Notes: generated by a model from the sequence alone, not told the origin. A stretch of DNA of 29,865 nucleotides from a candidate division WOR-3 bacterium (GCA_965649115.1 CBFGJN010000018.1:1-29865); one strand, 5' to 3'; counted from the first letter of the stretch, positions 1 through 10,352 are shown. Numbers and translations: made by a program.

Positions 1-60
1 GGTACTTTAAAGCCGAAGGCTTTTGAAAAATAAATAATTCCAGAATTTTTGGACACAGCA
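1..60 (-). mobile_element. MITE copy, partial (cut by window edge); L end at 60 faces the herA-like gene
   Basis: AAGCC-GAA-GGCTT hairpin at 10-22 and terminal ...TTGGACACAGCA match the other copies. Confidence 0.8.
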
Positions 61-82
61 CTTAGTAGAAGAAATTAAGCTT

Positions 83-88
83 TATAAT
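83..88 (+). promoter_or_regulatory. -10 box TATAAT of herA-comEC
   Basis: GCTTTATAATTTT, 13 nt before ATG 102, no SD; same context as the recurring CTTTAAAATTT motif. Confidence 0.55.
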
Positions 89-101
89 TTTCAATCCTAC
101 T

Positions 102-1589
102 ATGAAGTTATTAGGAATTTGTGTAGATCAAACAAGCCCTTATAGTTTGATATTTATAAGTAAGGAACCTGTTAATATAGGAGAATACGTTGTTGTTGAT
201 GATGAAGTAAGGAAATTGCTTGGTATTGTATCATCAGTATATTCTGAAAACCCTTATATAACTGAATCAATTATAAATCCTGAATATGTTCAAAGAATAA
301 ACAACTTTACAAATAATATGGTAAAATATAAGGCTGTTGTTAATCTTCTTGGTGAAATTACGGAAACTGGATTATCTGCATTAAAGTATCCTCCAAGACC
401 TTCTCGCAGTGTATATAAAGCTGATAATGAAATTCTTAAAAAAGTTTTTAAAATTGATGATAAGAAATTTGTAAAAATTGGAACACTCTTAAATAATAAA
501 GAGATTCCAGTTTATATAAATTTAGAACAAGCAATAATAAGACATTTGGCTATTTTGGCGATTACAGGTGCAGGAAAATCCAATACTGTTGCAGTTTTAA
601 TTGAAAAAATTGCCCAAAAGGGAGGAACTGCTTTAATTTTTGATATTCATGGTGAATATAAAGTACCTTCATTTAATGTTATTGATCCTAAAATAAATCC
701 TTATAGTCTTGATGTTGATGAGATTGCAGGACTAATAGGTGTTGATATGGATACAAGTGCTCAAATGTATCATTTATTGAGTGAAATAATTGAAGAAATA
801 AAGAGGAGAAATTATAGTAATGATGAGGAAGATACACTTTCAAAAGAATTAAGGAAAACATTTTTAGAAGATTTAATAACTGAATTAGATAATTTGAAAA
901 ACGATAAAGAAAAAGTTAGAGAATATGGAAGAGAAACAACATTTAGACTCCTTAATCGTCTAAAAAATTTAAAAAATAAATTTGGAAGCTTATTTGTTGA
1001 TGGTGCTACTGAATTATTGAAAAGAATTGTAAATGGGAAAATAAATGTTTTGGATTTAAGTGGTTTAGATGAGGATAAGGCGGACATTATAATTAGTCAT
1101 GTTTTAACTTCAATTTTAAATGATAGAAAGAGAGAGGGAAAAAAACTTTTAGAAGCTCCTATTGTTTGTATATTAGAGGAAGCTCATCTTTTTGCTTCAG
1201 CTCAAAGAAGAACGCGTTCAAAATATATTTTAAATAGGATTGCAAGAGAAGGAAGGAAATTTGGTGTTGGTTTATGGATTGTAAGTCAAAGACCAAAAGG
1301 ATTAGAGCCTGATATTCTATCTCAAATGAATAATATGATAATTCTTAAACTTGTTGAACCAGAAGACCAAGCACATGTTAGAAGAGCATCTGAAAATTTA
1401 AGTGAGGAATTGATGAAATACTTACCCTCACTAAATCCTGGAGAAGCAATTATTGTTGGTAATATGGTAAGAATACCAATTCTTGTAAAAATAGAGAAAA
1501 GCAGTACAAAAATTCAAGGGCAAGATCCTAATGTGATTGAAGAATGGGAAAAATTAAGACAAAAACCCGAATTTTCAAATGATATTTAA
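102..1589 (+). CDS. HerA/DUF87-family ATPase (DNA translocase) with N-terminal HAS-barrel-like region
   Basis: RHLAILAITGAGKS Walker A, IFDIHGEY, ILEEAH Walker B, IAREGRKFGVGLWIVSQRP signature. Confidence 0.88.
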   Translation: MKLLGICVDQTSPYSLIFISKEPVNIGEYVVVDDEVRKLLGIVSSVYSENPYITESIINPEYVQRINNFTNNMVKYKAVVNLLGEITETGLSALKYPPRPSRSVYKADNEILKKVFKIDDKKFVKIGTLLNNKEIPVYINLEQAIIRHLAILAITGAGKSNTVAVLIEKIAQKGGTALIFDIHGEYKVPSFNVIDPKINPYSLDVDEIAGLIGVDMDTSAQMYHLLSEIIEEIKRRNYSNDEEDTLSKELRKTFLEDLITELDNLKNDKEKVREYGRETTFRLLNRLKNLKNKFGSLFVDGATELLKRIVNGKINVLDLSGLDEDKADIIISHVLTSILNDRKREGKKLLEAPIVCILEEAHLFASAQRRTRSKYILNRIAREGRKFGVGLWIVSQRPKGLEPDILSQMNNMIILKLVEPEDQAHVRRASENLSEELMKYLPSLNPGEAIIVGNMVRIPILVKIEKSSTKIQGQDPNVIEEWEKLRQKPEFSNDI

Positions 1590-1591
1590 AA

Positions 1592-2806
1592 TTGTTTAAA
1601 AATAGTATATTTATCATTTCAATTCTATTTGCAATTGGAATTCTAATTCCATTAAAACTTTCAATTATTTTAACAATTATTTCAATAATTTTAGTGCCAT
1701 TTTTTAGGTTTTTAATATATTTTCCATTTATTTTTCTTGGTTCTTTAAGAATGGAAATTTACAAATATCCAAAAATAAGAACTAATGATACAATTATTGT
1801 TAAGGTGAATGTTCCAAGTAAAGGAATTTTGCCAATTGAAGGATTTGGAATATTTAAATCAAATGTTTATCCAGGGCAGTACTATTTGGAAGGTTATATT
1901 AAAAGAGATAGTTTTATTATTTTAAATTCTGAAAAAGTAAGAAATCAGAATGAAATTTATTTAAAATTAGATAAGTTTTTGAGAGAGAAAGCATTTCGTT
2001 TTGAAGATTATTCTATTATAACAGCTCTTATTCTAAATAATAGAGATTATATTCCTTATGAAGTAAAAAACGCTTTTGTTGAAACTGGAATGTTTCATAT
2101 TCTAGCAATTTCTGGATTACATATAAGTTTAATTTTTCTTGTTATTTCATTTGTTTTATCGTTGTTTTACATTCCGAGAAAATTAAACTTTATAATTAGC
2201 TCAATAATCATATTTTTATATACTGCACTTTTAGACTTTATTCCATCTTGTTTTAGGGCATTTTTGTTTGCTATCATCTTTTCAATTTCTAACTTATTAG
2301 AAAGAAAAGTAAATATGTTAAATGTTTTTGGATTATCTTTGATTTTGAATTTAATGATATTTCCAACACAAATTTACGATGTAGGATTTCAACTATCTTA
2401 TCTAGCAGTTTTAGGATTAATATATTCACCTTTTAACTATTCAAATAATTTTTTCTTAAATATTATAAAATCTTCAATTTCTGCTCAAATTTTTACAACT
2501 CCAATTTTATTATATCACTTTTCAAAAGCACCAATTCTGTATTTTTTTGGAAATTTAATAACAATTCCAGTTTCTACTATTTTGCTTTTAAATTTATTAT
2601 TTTGTTTGATTTTTCCATTTATTGAACAACTTTGGGTTAGTCTTCATATCATAAATTCACTGTTTATAAAATCTATAATTATTCTTGAAAGGTTAAATTT
2701 ACCTGCTTTGAAATTATCAATAGATGCGAAAATGTTAATTATTCTACTAATTCTAAACTTTATTATTGTTTCATTATTGCGTCACTTATCATTTAAAAAG
2801 TTTTAG
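1592..2806 (+). CDS. comEC: ComEC/Rec2 competence membrane protein (Competence domain, no C-terminal MBL domain)
   Basis: TGMFHILAISGLH, PSCFRA and GFQLSYLAV motifs; multiple TM segments; TTG start. Confidence 0.85.
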   Translation: MFKNSIFIISILFAIGILIPLKLSIILTIISIILVPFFRFLIYFPFIFLGSLRMEIYKYPKIRTNDTIIVKVNVPSKGILPIEGFGIFKSNVYPGQYYLEGYIKRDSFIILNSEKVRNQNEIYLKLDKFLREKAFRFEDYSIITALILNNRDYIPYEVKNAFVETGMFHILAISGLHISLIFLVISFVLSLFYIPRKLNFIISSIIIFLYTALLDFIPSCFRAFLFAIIFSISNLLERKVNMLNVFGLSLILNLMIFPTQIYDVGFQLSYLAVLGLIYSPFNYSNNFFLNIIKSSISAQIFTTPILLYHFSKAPILYFFGNLITIPVSTILLLNLLFCLIFPFIEQLWVSLHIINSLFIKSIIILERLNLPALKLSIDAKMLIILLILNFIIVSLLRHLSFKKF

Positions 2807-3559
2807 AATTCTTTCTATGAATTTTTCAATAGAGCTTATATTTTTACTATTTTGAAAATTACCAAATTCATATTCAAGAATTTCTCTATCAACTTTTCCT
2901 TTTAGTGTTCTATAAACCTCTGCCAAAAAGTACTTTCTTATTAAATTTATTCTTCCTTCTTTTTCAAGTCTTCTAACACTAACAAAAACTTTTGTATCTT
3001 TTATAATTCCAAATTTTGAAAGTTTTGAAGCCCTTTTTACAAAATCATGATCTTCTGCTAAAAATAGGCTTTCATCAAAGCCTCCAATTCTTCTAAAAAT
3101 TCTTCTTGTGCATATAATACAAAATCCAGGTGCTAATGGATAAACTTTTCTTGTTCTTTCAATAAGAACATTTGCTAACTTAAAAATTAGATGGTCAATT
3201 TTCAAATTTGATATTGGCTCAAATCTAAATGTTGCTACTTCATAGTAATAATAATCAAATTCATAAATAGCTTTTTCTAAAAAGTCTTTTGGAAGAATAA
3301 CATCTGCATCTAAAAATAATAAATAATCACCAATTGAAAATTTTGCTCCATTATTTCTTCCTGTTGCAGGTTTTCCACCTTGAACAATTTTTGTATCAAA
3401 ACTTCTTGCAATTTCAATTGTCCTATCATTAGAATTTGCATCTGCGATAATAATTTCATAGTTTTTGTAATTTTGTTCCTTTATTGAATTTAAAAGTTTT
3501 GGCAAAAATTTTTCTTCATTTAATGTTGGAATAATTATTGAAATAAAAGGTTCATTCAT
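2789..3559 (-). CDS. Glycosyltransferase family 2
   Basis: ISIIIPTLNEE, IIIADANSND, GRNNGA, FLDAD, GGFDE, EDHD motifs. Confidence 0.92.
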   Translation of the reverse strand: MNEPFISIIIPTLNEEKFLPKLLNSIKEQNYKNYEIIIADANSNDRTIEIARSFDTKIVQGGKPATGRNNGAKFSIGDYLLFLDADVILPKDFLEKAIYEFDYYYYEVATFRFEPISNLKIDHLIFKLANVLIERTRKVYPLAPGFCIICTRRIFRRIGGFDESLFLAEDHDFVKRASKLSKFGIIKDTKVFVSVRRLEKEGRINLIRKYFLAEVYRTLKGKVDREILEYEFGNFQNSKNISSIEKFIERILKLFK

Positions 3560-4854
3560 AATTTATAGATTTTTTCTGAAAAGTTCTTAAAAGCATTTTT
3601 TGTGTCAAAAATTAAATTTGAGTTTTTATATATAAATTCATAATCAAATATGCTATGGTCTGTTATAAGAACGACCAAATCACTTTCTTTTAAAATTTCT
3701 TTTGTCAATTCAACACTTTCAATTTCCAAATCACCTATCTGAATTCTTGGAATATATGGATCAAAATAATAAACAATAGCTCCTTTATCTGAAAGGAGCG
3801 AAATAATATCAATAGCAGGCGATTCTCTTATATCATTTACATCTTTTTTATAGGCTACACCGAGGATTAAAATTCTACTTCCTTTTATACTCTTTTCATA
3901 TTCATTTAATATATCAGCAATTCTTTGAACAACATATCTTGGCATATTTGTATTTATTTCACTTGCAACTTCTATTAATCTTGCATTGTAATTTAATGTT
4001 TTCATTTTCCAAGATAAATAAATTGGATCAATAGGAATACAGTGACCACCAATTCCAGGTCCTGGATAAAATTTCATAAAACCAAATGGCTTTGTTCCTG
4101 CTGACTCTATAACTTCCCAAACATCTATATTAAGTATATTACACATAATCGCAATTTCATTAGCAAGTGCTATATTAACCGCTCTAAATGTATTTTCAAG
4201 TAATTTGGCCATTTCAGCTACCTTTGATGAAGAAACTATTATAACACTATCTATAATTTTTGAATAAACTTCATAAGCTAATTTTCCTGATATTTCATCA
4301 ACTCCTCCAACAATTTTTGGAGTGTTTTTAATTTTATAAAATTTATCCCCTGGATTTATTCGCTCTGGCGAGAACGCTAAAAAGAAATCTAATCCACATT
4401 TAAGGCCACTTTCTTCTAAAATTGGTTTTATTACTTCATCTGTAGTTCCAGGATAAGTTGTGCTTTCTAAAATTATTAAATGACCTTTTTTAAGATAATT
4501 TTTTATATTATTTACAGCATTTAGAATATAACTTAAATCTGGATCTTTTGTTTTTGACAAAGGTGTGGGAACAGCTATGATTATAATATCAACTTCACTT
4601 AATATGTTGTAATTTTCAAATGCTTTAATTTTGTTCTTTCTTACTAAATCCAAAAGTTCATTATTAGTTATATCGTTTATATAAGAAATTCCTTCATTTA
4701 TGTTTTTAACTTTATTTTTATCAATGTCTATTCCATAAACTTCAAAACCATTTTTTGCAAACTCAACAGCTAATGGAAGTCCAACATAACCAAGACCTAT
4801 TACACTAATTTTAAAATCATTATTTTTTATTTTTCTTAAAAGTTCATTTTCCAT
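3556..4854 (-). CDS. Nucleotide-sugar dehydrogenase (UDP-GlcNAc/UDP-GalNAc 6-dehydrogenase type)
   Basis: GLGYVGLP Rossmann motif, ESTTYPGTT, FSPERINPG, GGHCIPIDP catalytic Cys, GVAYKKDVNDIRESP. Confidence 0.92.
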   Translation of the reverse strand: MENELLRKIKNNDFKISVIGLGYVGLPLAVEFAKNGFEVYGIDIDKNKVKNINEGISYINDITNNELLDLVRKNKIKAFENYNILSEVDIIIIAVPTPLSKTKDPDLSYILNAVNNIKNYLKKGHLIILESTTYPGTTDEVIKPILEESGLKCGLDFFLAFSPERINPGDKFYKIKNTPKIVGGVDEISGKLAYEVYSKIIDSVIIVSSSKVAEMAKLLENTFRAVNIALANEIAIMCNILNIDVWEVIESAGTKPFGFMKFYPGPGIGGHCIPIDPIYLSWKMKTLNYNARLIEVASEINTNMPRYVVQRIADILNEYEKSIKGSRILILGVAYKKDVNDIRESPAIDIISLLSDKGAIVYYFDPYIPRIQIGDLEIESVELTKEILKESDLVVLITDHSIFDYEFIYKNSNLIFDTKNAFKNFSEKIYKL

Positions 4855-4890
4855 AGTTTTAAATTTTAGAGGATAAAAATCTTTTTTGTG

Positions 4891-5098
4891 TGGTGTGTCT
4901 AAGAATTCCTGAAAATATAATTATTTCCATATTTTGCCCACCTACCCTAAAATCAAGCCTTCGGCTTTAAAAAAACCCCATCTTATGCCTTGGGGGGCAG
5001 AGCCCCCCATTAAAACCCCCCATAAAAACTATAATTTTCTTAAAATTTTTATAAGTCCTTGATAATCAATAACTTAACACTAATTATTGGACAAAGCA
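4891..5098 (+). mobile_element. MITE full copy (208 bp)
   Basis: Imperfect TIR TGGTGTGTCTAAGAA / TTATTGGACAAAGCA; flanks TTTTTTGTG (4882-4890) and TTTGTTGTG (5099-5107); hairpins at 4955-4967 and 4992-5008. Confidence 0.85.
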
Positions 5099-5107
5099 TT
5101 TGTTGTG

Positions 5108-5312
5108 TGGTGTGTCTAGTAAATAGTTTTAAGTGCTTGATAGTCAATAATTTATTAAAAATTCATTAAAATGCTTGAAATAATGGGGGGAATTTAAGGG
5201 GGGCGAAGCCCCCCATAGCAAAAGAGGGGGTATTTATAAGCCGTAGGCTTATTTTTAGGGTGGGTGGGGAAAATAAGAAAAATAAATGATTTTAGAATTA
5301 CTAGACACAGCA
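5108..5312 (-). mobile_element. MITE full copy (205 bp), opposite orientation, abutting the previous copy across the 9-bp repeat
   Basis: TIRs TGGTGTGTCTAGTAA / TTACTAGACACAGCA; hairpins at 5198-5214 and 5238-5250. Confidence 0.85.
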
Positions 5313-5325
5313 TAAAAAATCCGTT

Positions 5326-5721
5326 TTAATAAAACAAACGAACTCTTCTTGCCATTTTTAAGTATTTTTTAATATATTTCATATCTTCAATTATTACGCC
5401 TTTTTTTGAGGCGGAATGAATTATTTTATTATCTCCAATATAAATTCCTACATGGTCATAAGGACTATTAAAACTAAATATAAGTATATCTCCTGGCTTT
5501 ATGCTGTCAATTTGAACAAAATCTCCAAAATCTGAATAATTTTTTGAAATTCTAGGAGCTTTTATTCCAAACTCACTTAAAACTTTATAAACAAATCCCG
5601 AACAATCCATACCGTTATCATCCATTCCCCCAAATTTATATTTTATTCCAATGTACTTAAAACTTACATAATAAAAAGGATGAAGTGTATCTATGCTTAT
5701 TACTGAAAAGAAAATTATCAT
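5326..5721 (-). CDS. NlpC/P60 (C40) cell-wall peptidase
   Basis: YKFGG, DCSGFV, PGDILIF, HVGIYIG, IHSAS motifs. Confidence 0.92.
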   Translation of the reverse strand: MIIFFSVISIDTLHPFYYVSFKYIGIKYKFGGMDDNGMDCSGFVYKVLSEFGIKAPRISKNYSDFGDFVQIDSIKPGDILIFSFNSPYDHVGIYIGDNKIIHSASKKGVIIEDMKYIKKYLKMARRVRLFY

Positions 5722-7682
5722 TTTATAACTACTTTTCTTATTTCTTTCTTACCTCCATTTTCTATAAATTCAAAAATATAAATTCCTCTTTTCAAAAATA
5801 ATTTATCATTTTCTTTCACTTCCATTGTCTTATAGATTGAGCCATCAAGCTTAATGATATTCAAATAACCTTTTTTCAGAAATTCAATTTCGTTTCCAAT
5901 TTGATTGAAATAATTTTCATTTATATTGACAGGTGTGATTGTTGAATCAAATATAAATCTAGCTTCATCTACAACGGGTGTTTGTTCGTTATTATTAAGT
6001 GAATTCATGATAATCATATATTGAATGAACTTAACCATTTGGGTTGAGGGTGGAATGTATGGAAATGTTGTAATGGGTCCTATCCAATTTTGATTATATA
6101 TATCATTCCAATTGGCACTATTTGTATAGCGATAGTAAAAATTAATGTTTGGAATTACTGGTTGACAATTAAGTGGGTCAAAACCCAAAACTTCAATTCT
6201 CAATAATTTCCAAGTTTCCATTTGTCCATTAATATCAACAACATTAGAAATCATAATTCCCTTATTTACATAAAGCAACTCAGTTGAGTACCAATAAAGC
6301 CCTTCTGCACCACTTGTAGTTCCTGCTCTAACTACTAAATCAGGGTCAGCATCACCATCAACATCTCCAACACCAAGTCCAAAATAGCTTCTATTTGGAA
6401 CGCCAAAAGGAGTAATTTGATTGAAATTTATATTCTGATTATCAAAAACATTTCCACTTGTATTTTCAAAAATATAAATAATTTTATCATTTGGAATATA
6501 ACTTGCCACAAATATATCTTGGTCTCCATCTGGTTCTAAATCCGAAACTACAACACCCATAGGATTATTAACATTCAATGTAATCCAACTAGTACTTGGG
6601 AAATTTCCTAATCCATCATTTCTATAAATTTTTACTCTTCCTGTTCTATCTGTTACGATAACATCCAAATCGCCATCATTATTTATATCCTTTACCCATA
6701 ATGCATAAAAATTAGCTGAATTATTATTTTCAATTGTTATTTTTGTAAATGTAGGAGGATTTCCACCATTATTTCTAAACCACATAACTTCCCTTTGAGT
6801 AGTTGCTATGATATCTTTTCTTCCATCATTATTTATATCAGCAATCCAAACATCCCAAGCACTTCCTGTTCCTCCTGAATATATTAAGTATTTATTATAT
6901 CTATGGTTTTTTCCATCTATATTATTACAACCAAAACCACTATTTGAATTATTTGGTAGTTTTTCAAACCAATAAACAGAACCATCACCAAGATGTGTTA
7001 CAGCAAAGTCCAAATCTCCATCGTTATCTAAGTCCCCTACTGCTATTCCTTCTGCTTCACCAGTTCCATTAGTACAATTATTTGAATTTAAATCTGCACA
7101 TATTACGCATTTTGACCAACTATTTGAATTTCCATTATTTATTAGAAGAACAACATCTTCATCATAATTGCTATGACCCACTGTAAATAAATCTATATCA
7201 CCATCATTATCAGCATCTCCTTCATCTATCTCATCTATACTTTCAATATCATTAGCAGCGGTTATTCTATTAGCTTGAGAGAAATTTCCACATCCATTAG
7301 GATTAAAATATATCCAAGCATGTTTATTACTTCCACTTTCATCTGTAACTACTAAATCTAAAAATCCATCCTTATTAACATCATAAATATCGGGGTCGTT
7401 ATCCCAACCTCCAACAGTTGGATCTAACGAATGTTCCTTAATTGTCCTAAAAACACCCCTTAATCTTAACTTACCTTGAAATAAATAGAATATATTTCCA
7501 TCATGCTTACAAAACTGATTTGAAAATGAACCATATGGTGGTGTTGTAACCAATGGACAATCATTAGAGCAAGAAAGATTTGTTGGATTTGTTTGACAAA
7601 ATGGACTTAAATTTGATTTTAAAGGCCCTCCATACCAATCAGTTTGAACTACACTTACTTGTTCAAAAATTACCCAAATCAT
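5718..7682 (-). CDS. FG-GAP/VCBS-repeat secreted protein with probable T9SS-type C-terminal sorting domain
   Basis: About seven DxxxDGxxD repeats; C-terminus ...LDGSIYKT...LKRGIYIFEF...IRKVVIK; SD GGAGG at 7690-7694. Confidence 0.8.
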   Translation of the reverse strand: MIWVIFEQVSVVQTDWYGGPLKSNLSPFCQTNPTNLSCSNDCPLVTTPPYGSFSNQFCKHDGNIFYLFQGKLRLRGVFRTIKEHSLDPTVGGWDNDPDIYDVNKDGFLDLVVTDESGSNKHAWIYFNPNGCGNFSQANRITAANDIESIDEIDEGDADNDGDIDLFTVGHSNYDEDVVLLINNGNSNSWSKCVICADLNSNNCTNGTGEAEGIAVGDLDNDGDLDFAVTHLGDGSVYWFEKLPNNSNSGFGCNNIDGKNHRYNKYLIYSGGTGSAWDVWIADINNDGRKDIIATTQREVMWFRNNGGNPPTFTKITIENNNSANFYALWVKDINNDGDLDVIVTDRTGRVKIYRNDGLGNFPSTSWITLNVNNPMGVVVSDLEPDGDQDIFVASYIPNDKIIYIFENTSGNVFDNQNINFNQITPFGVPNRSYFGLGVGDVDGDADPDLVVRAGTTSGAEGLYWYSTELLYVNKGIMISNVVDINGQMETWKLLRIEVLGFDPLNCQPVIPNINFYYRYTNSANWNDIYNQNWIGPITTFPYIPPSTQMVKFIQYMIIMNSLNNNEQTPVVDEARFIFDSTITPVNINENYFNQIGNEIEFLKKGYLNIIKLDGSIYKTMEVKENDKLFLKRGIYIFEFIENGGKKEIRKVVIK

Positions 7683-7706
7683 ATTTTCACCTCCTTAATA
7701 AGGTAA

Positions 7707-7734
7707 ATTATAAGGTTTTTTTCTAAAAAGTCAA
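7707..7734 (-). promoter_or_regulatory. sigma70-type promoter TTGACT-N16-TATAAT for the FG-GAP/NlpC operon
   Basis: -35 at 7729-7734 and -10 at 7707-7712 on the minus strand, followed by a GGAGG SD. Confidence 0.6.
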
Positions 7735-7791
7735 GAGCCTTCAAACCACTTTTTATGATTTTCCCTTTTCTTAGAGAAATTTTTTGACTTT

Positions 7792-8538
7792 CTATTTTGT
7801 TTCCCATTTACCATATATCTCCTTTAAAACGTTTTCATTTATGGCTTTCACACTTCCATCATAAACAATTTCACCACTTCTTAAACCTATAACTCTTTCT
7901 CCGTATTCCATTACTAAATCTATGTCATGTAGATTAATGATTGTTGTAATTCCAAGCTCTTTATTGAATTTTTTAAGATAGTCCATTACTACTTTGGCAG
8001 TTGGAGGGTCTAAACTTGCGACAGGTTCATCTGCTAAAATGATTTTTGGTTTTTGAGTAAGTGCTCTTGCAATAGCAACTCTTTGTTGCTGACCACCACT
8101 TAATTGATCAGCTCTTACATAAGCTTTATCTTCAATGCCAACCCTTCTTAAATTTTCAAATGCTAATTCAATATCTTCTTTGCTAAATAGATTAAATATA
8201 CTTCTTATTGTTGAAACATAACCAAGCCTTCCTATTAAAACATTTCTTAAAACACTAATTCTTTTAACAAGATTGAAATTTTGAAATATCATTCCTATTT
8301 CCCTTCTTAAAGCTCTTAATTCTTTTTCATTTAATTCTTTTATATTTTTATTATTCACAATAAGCTCACCTTCGCTTATTTTTACAAAACCATTTATCGT
8401 TCTAATTAATGTTGATTTTCCCGCTCCTGATGGACCAACTATTATTACAAATTCACCATCATTTATTTGAAGATTTATATTTTTTAATGCTTTAAATCCG
8501 TTTGGGTATGTAACACTTACATTCTTAAAGATAATCAA
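7792..8538 (-). CDS. phnC: Phosphonate/phosphite ABC transporter ATP-binding protein; likely true start TTG at 8538 rather than 8577
   Basis: GPSGAGKS, LSGGQQQRVAIARAL, ILADEPVASLDP, NVLIGRLG typical of PhnC; TAAAAT box at 8547-8552, 8 nt upstream of the TTG. Confidence 0.85.
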   Translation of the reverse strand: MIIFKNVSVTYPNGFKALKNINLQINDGEFVIIVGPSGAGKSTLIRTINGFVKISEGELIVNNKNIKELNEKELRALRREIGMIFQNFNLVKRISVLRNVLIGRLGYVSTIRSIFNLFSKEDIELAFENLRRVGIEDKAYVRADQLSGGQQQRVAIARALTQKPKIILADEPVASLDPPTAKVVMDYLKKFNKELGITTIINLHDIDLVMEYGERVIGLRSGEIVYDGSVKAINENVLKEIYGKWETK

Positions 8539-8573
8539 GTTTAAAAATTTTAAAGTTTGTTTAATCAATTTTC

Positions 8574-10031
8574 TCAAATATCATAAGAATTCTCAATAAA
8601 TTCTGAAAATTTATTTAAAAGTTCTTTGGCATGATATTGCTTTTCATAATCACTTAATTTTAAGAAGTTCTTGTAATAATTTTCAATTTCATTTAACTTT
8701 TGAGGATTAGAAATTTTGGAAAAATCTTCCATAAATAAATCAAATATATTTTTCTTTAATAGAACTTCAATCATATCAAGAGCTTGGATATTGCTTGAAC
8801 CTTCCCAAATTGGTGTTACAAGAGCTTCCCTATGTAATCTTTCAATAGGACTTTCGTTTAAAAAGCCAAAACCACCAAATATCTCTCTTGCTAATAATGT
8901 TGATTTTATTGAAAGTTCAGCTGTTCTATTCTTTGCTATATGAGTTAAAAATCTTGCATAATCATAGTTTCTTGAAAATTTCGGTTTTTCTTTCCAAACT
9001 TTTTCAAACTCACTAATAGCTTTGAATGTTATAATTAAACCTTTTTTTATATTATTTCTAATTTCTTCCAAATCTCTTCTTATTAATGGAAAATTTACCA
9101 AATAATCACCAAAGACCTTTCTTCTTTTTGAAAATTCATATGCTTCAATATAGCTTTTAAGTGCTAATCCAATAGCTCCAATACTATTATCAAGTCTTGA
9201 ATACATAAGCATTTCAAGAATATAATATATTCCATTTTCTACATCTCCAATTAAATAAGCTTCACTATCATTAAGTTCAACTTCACCTGTTGGAACACTA
9301 TTTGTCGCACTTTTATCTTTTAATCTTACAATTTTATAATTTAGATTACCTTGGCTATTATATTTTGGAACTAAAAATAAAGCCAAACCTTTAATCCCTT
9401 TACTTTCATCGTACTTTGCACTAACTAATGAATAGTCAGCAATTCCAACATTACTTGCGAAGTACTTAAAACCATTTAATAACCAAATATCGCTTTCATT
9501 TTTAGCAGTTGTTTCGTTTAAACTTAAATCACTTCCACTTTTTATTTCAGTTAGCCAAGTTCCTCCATAAACATAAGGCTTTTTTATTCCAAACATTTTT
9601 TTATATATTTCTTCAAATTTTGAATATTTATAAAGCATAATAGCGGTCTGATGAGTTAAAGTTATAATGCAATATAATCCTGCGTCTGCCAATAAGTATC
9701 CAAGAACATAGTGATAGAATAAACTACCATCTAAAAAGGTCCTTGAATTTATTTCAAATTCATTCAGTTTTTCAAGAACAATTTTTAAAAAAGGATTTAC
9801 CCATACATAATCAATTCTTTCTCCAATAGGTGAATAATATCTTAAAATCGGTCTAGAAATTCTGTCTATGTATTCGGTAATTTCATAAACATCTCTTGAA
9901 ATATAGTCCCCAAACAATTTTATTTTTTCTTTGTATTTCTCATAATTTTTCCAAAATATTTTTAAAACTTTATCTAAATTTTCATCATATTCAAAATGGT
10001 TTATTCCGTAAGCATAAGAGAATTTTTCCAA
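8574..10031 (-). CDS. Acyl-CoA dehydrogenase family protein (AidB-like)
   Basis: TWLTEIKSGSDL, LNGFKYFAS, RLKDKSATNSVPTGEV, REALVTPIWEGSSNIQALD; TTG start. Confidence 0.88.
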   Translation of the reverse strand: MEKFSYAYGINHFEYDENLDKVLKIFWKNYEKYKEKIKLFGDYISRDVYEITEYIDRISRPILRYYSPIGERIDYVWVNPFLKIVLEKLNEFEINSRTFLDGSLFYHYVLGYLLADAGLYCIITLTHQTAIMLYKYSKFEEIYKKMFGIKKPYVYGGTWLTEIKSGSDLSLNETTAKNESDIWLLNGFKYFASNVGIADYSLVSAKYDESKGIKGLALFLVPKYNSQGNLNYKIVRLKDKSATNSVPTGEVELNDSEAYLIGDVENGIYYILEMLMYSRLDNSIGAIGLALKSYIEAYEFSKRRKVFGDYLVNFPLIRRDLEEIRNNIKKGLIITFKAISEFEKVWKEKPKFSRNYDYARFLTHIAKNRTAELSIKSTLLAREIFGGFGFLNESPIERLHREALVTPIWEGSSNIQALDMIEVLLKKNIFDLFMEDFSKISNPQKLNEIENYYKNFLKLSDYEKQYHAKELLNKFSEFIENSYDI

Positions 10032-10067
10032 GTTTTAAAATTTTAAAGTTTAATTCTAAAAATATGG

Positions 10068-10272
10068 TGCTGTGTCCAGTAATTCTGGAACTATTTATTT
10101 TATTATATTTCTCCCACCCACCCTATAATTAAGCCTTCGGCTTTACTTACCCATATTTTGGCTATGGGGGGCGGAGCCCCCCATTAAACCCCCCCTAAAA
10201 ATCAATAATTTTCTTGAAAATTTTATAAGTTATTGATTATTAGGCATTTAACATTATTTATTGGACAAAGCA
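10068..10272 (+). mobile_element. MITE full copy (205 bp)
   Basis: TIRs TGCTGTGTCCAGTAA / TTATTGGACAAAGCA; perfect 9-bp TSD AAAATATGG (10059-10067, 10273-10281). Confidence 0.9.
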
Positions 10273-10352
10273 AAAATATGGTTATTTCGCCCCCTTTAAT
10301 AAAACCCCGAATTTTTGGGTATTTATTTTGTATCAACTTTAAAATTTTATTT

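Noticed and set aside
4882..5312. CRISPR array or ncRNA interpretation of the intergenic repeats
   Set aside because: No regular repeat-spacer periodicity and no cas genes; TIRs plus 9-bp TSDs indicate a MITE
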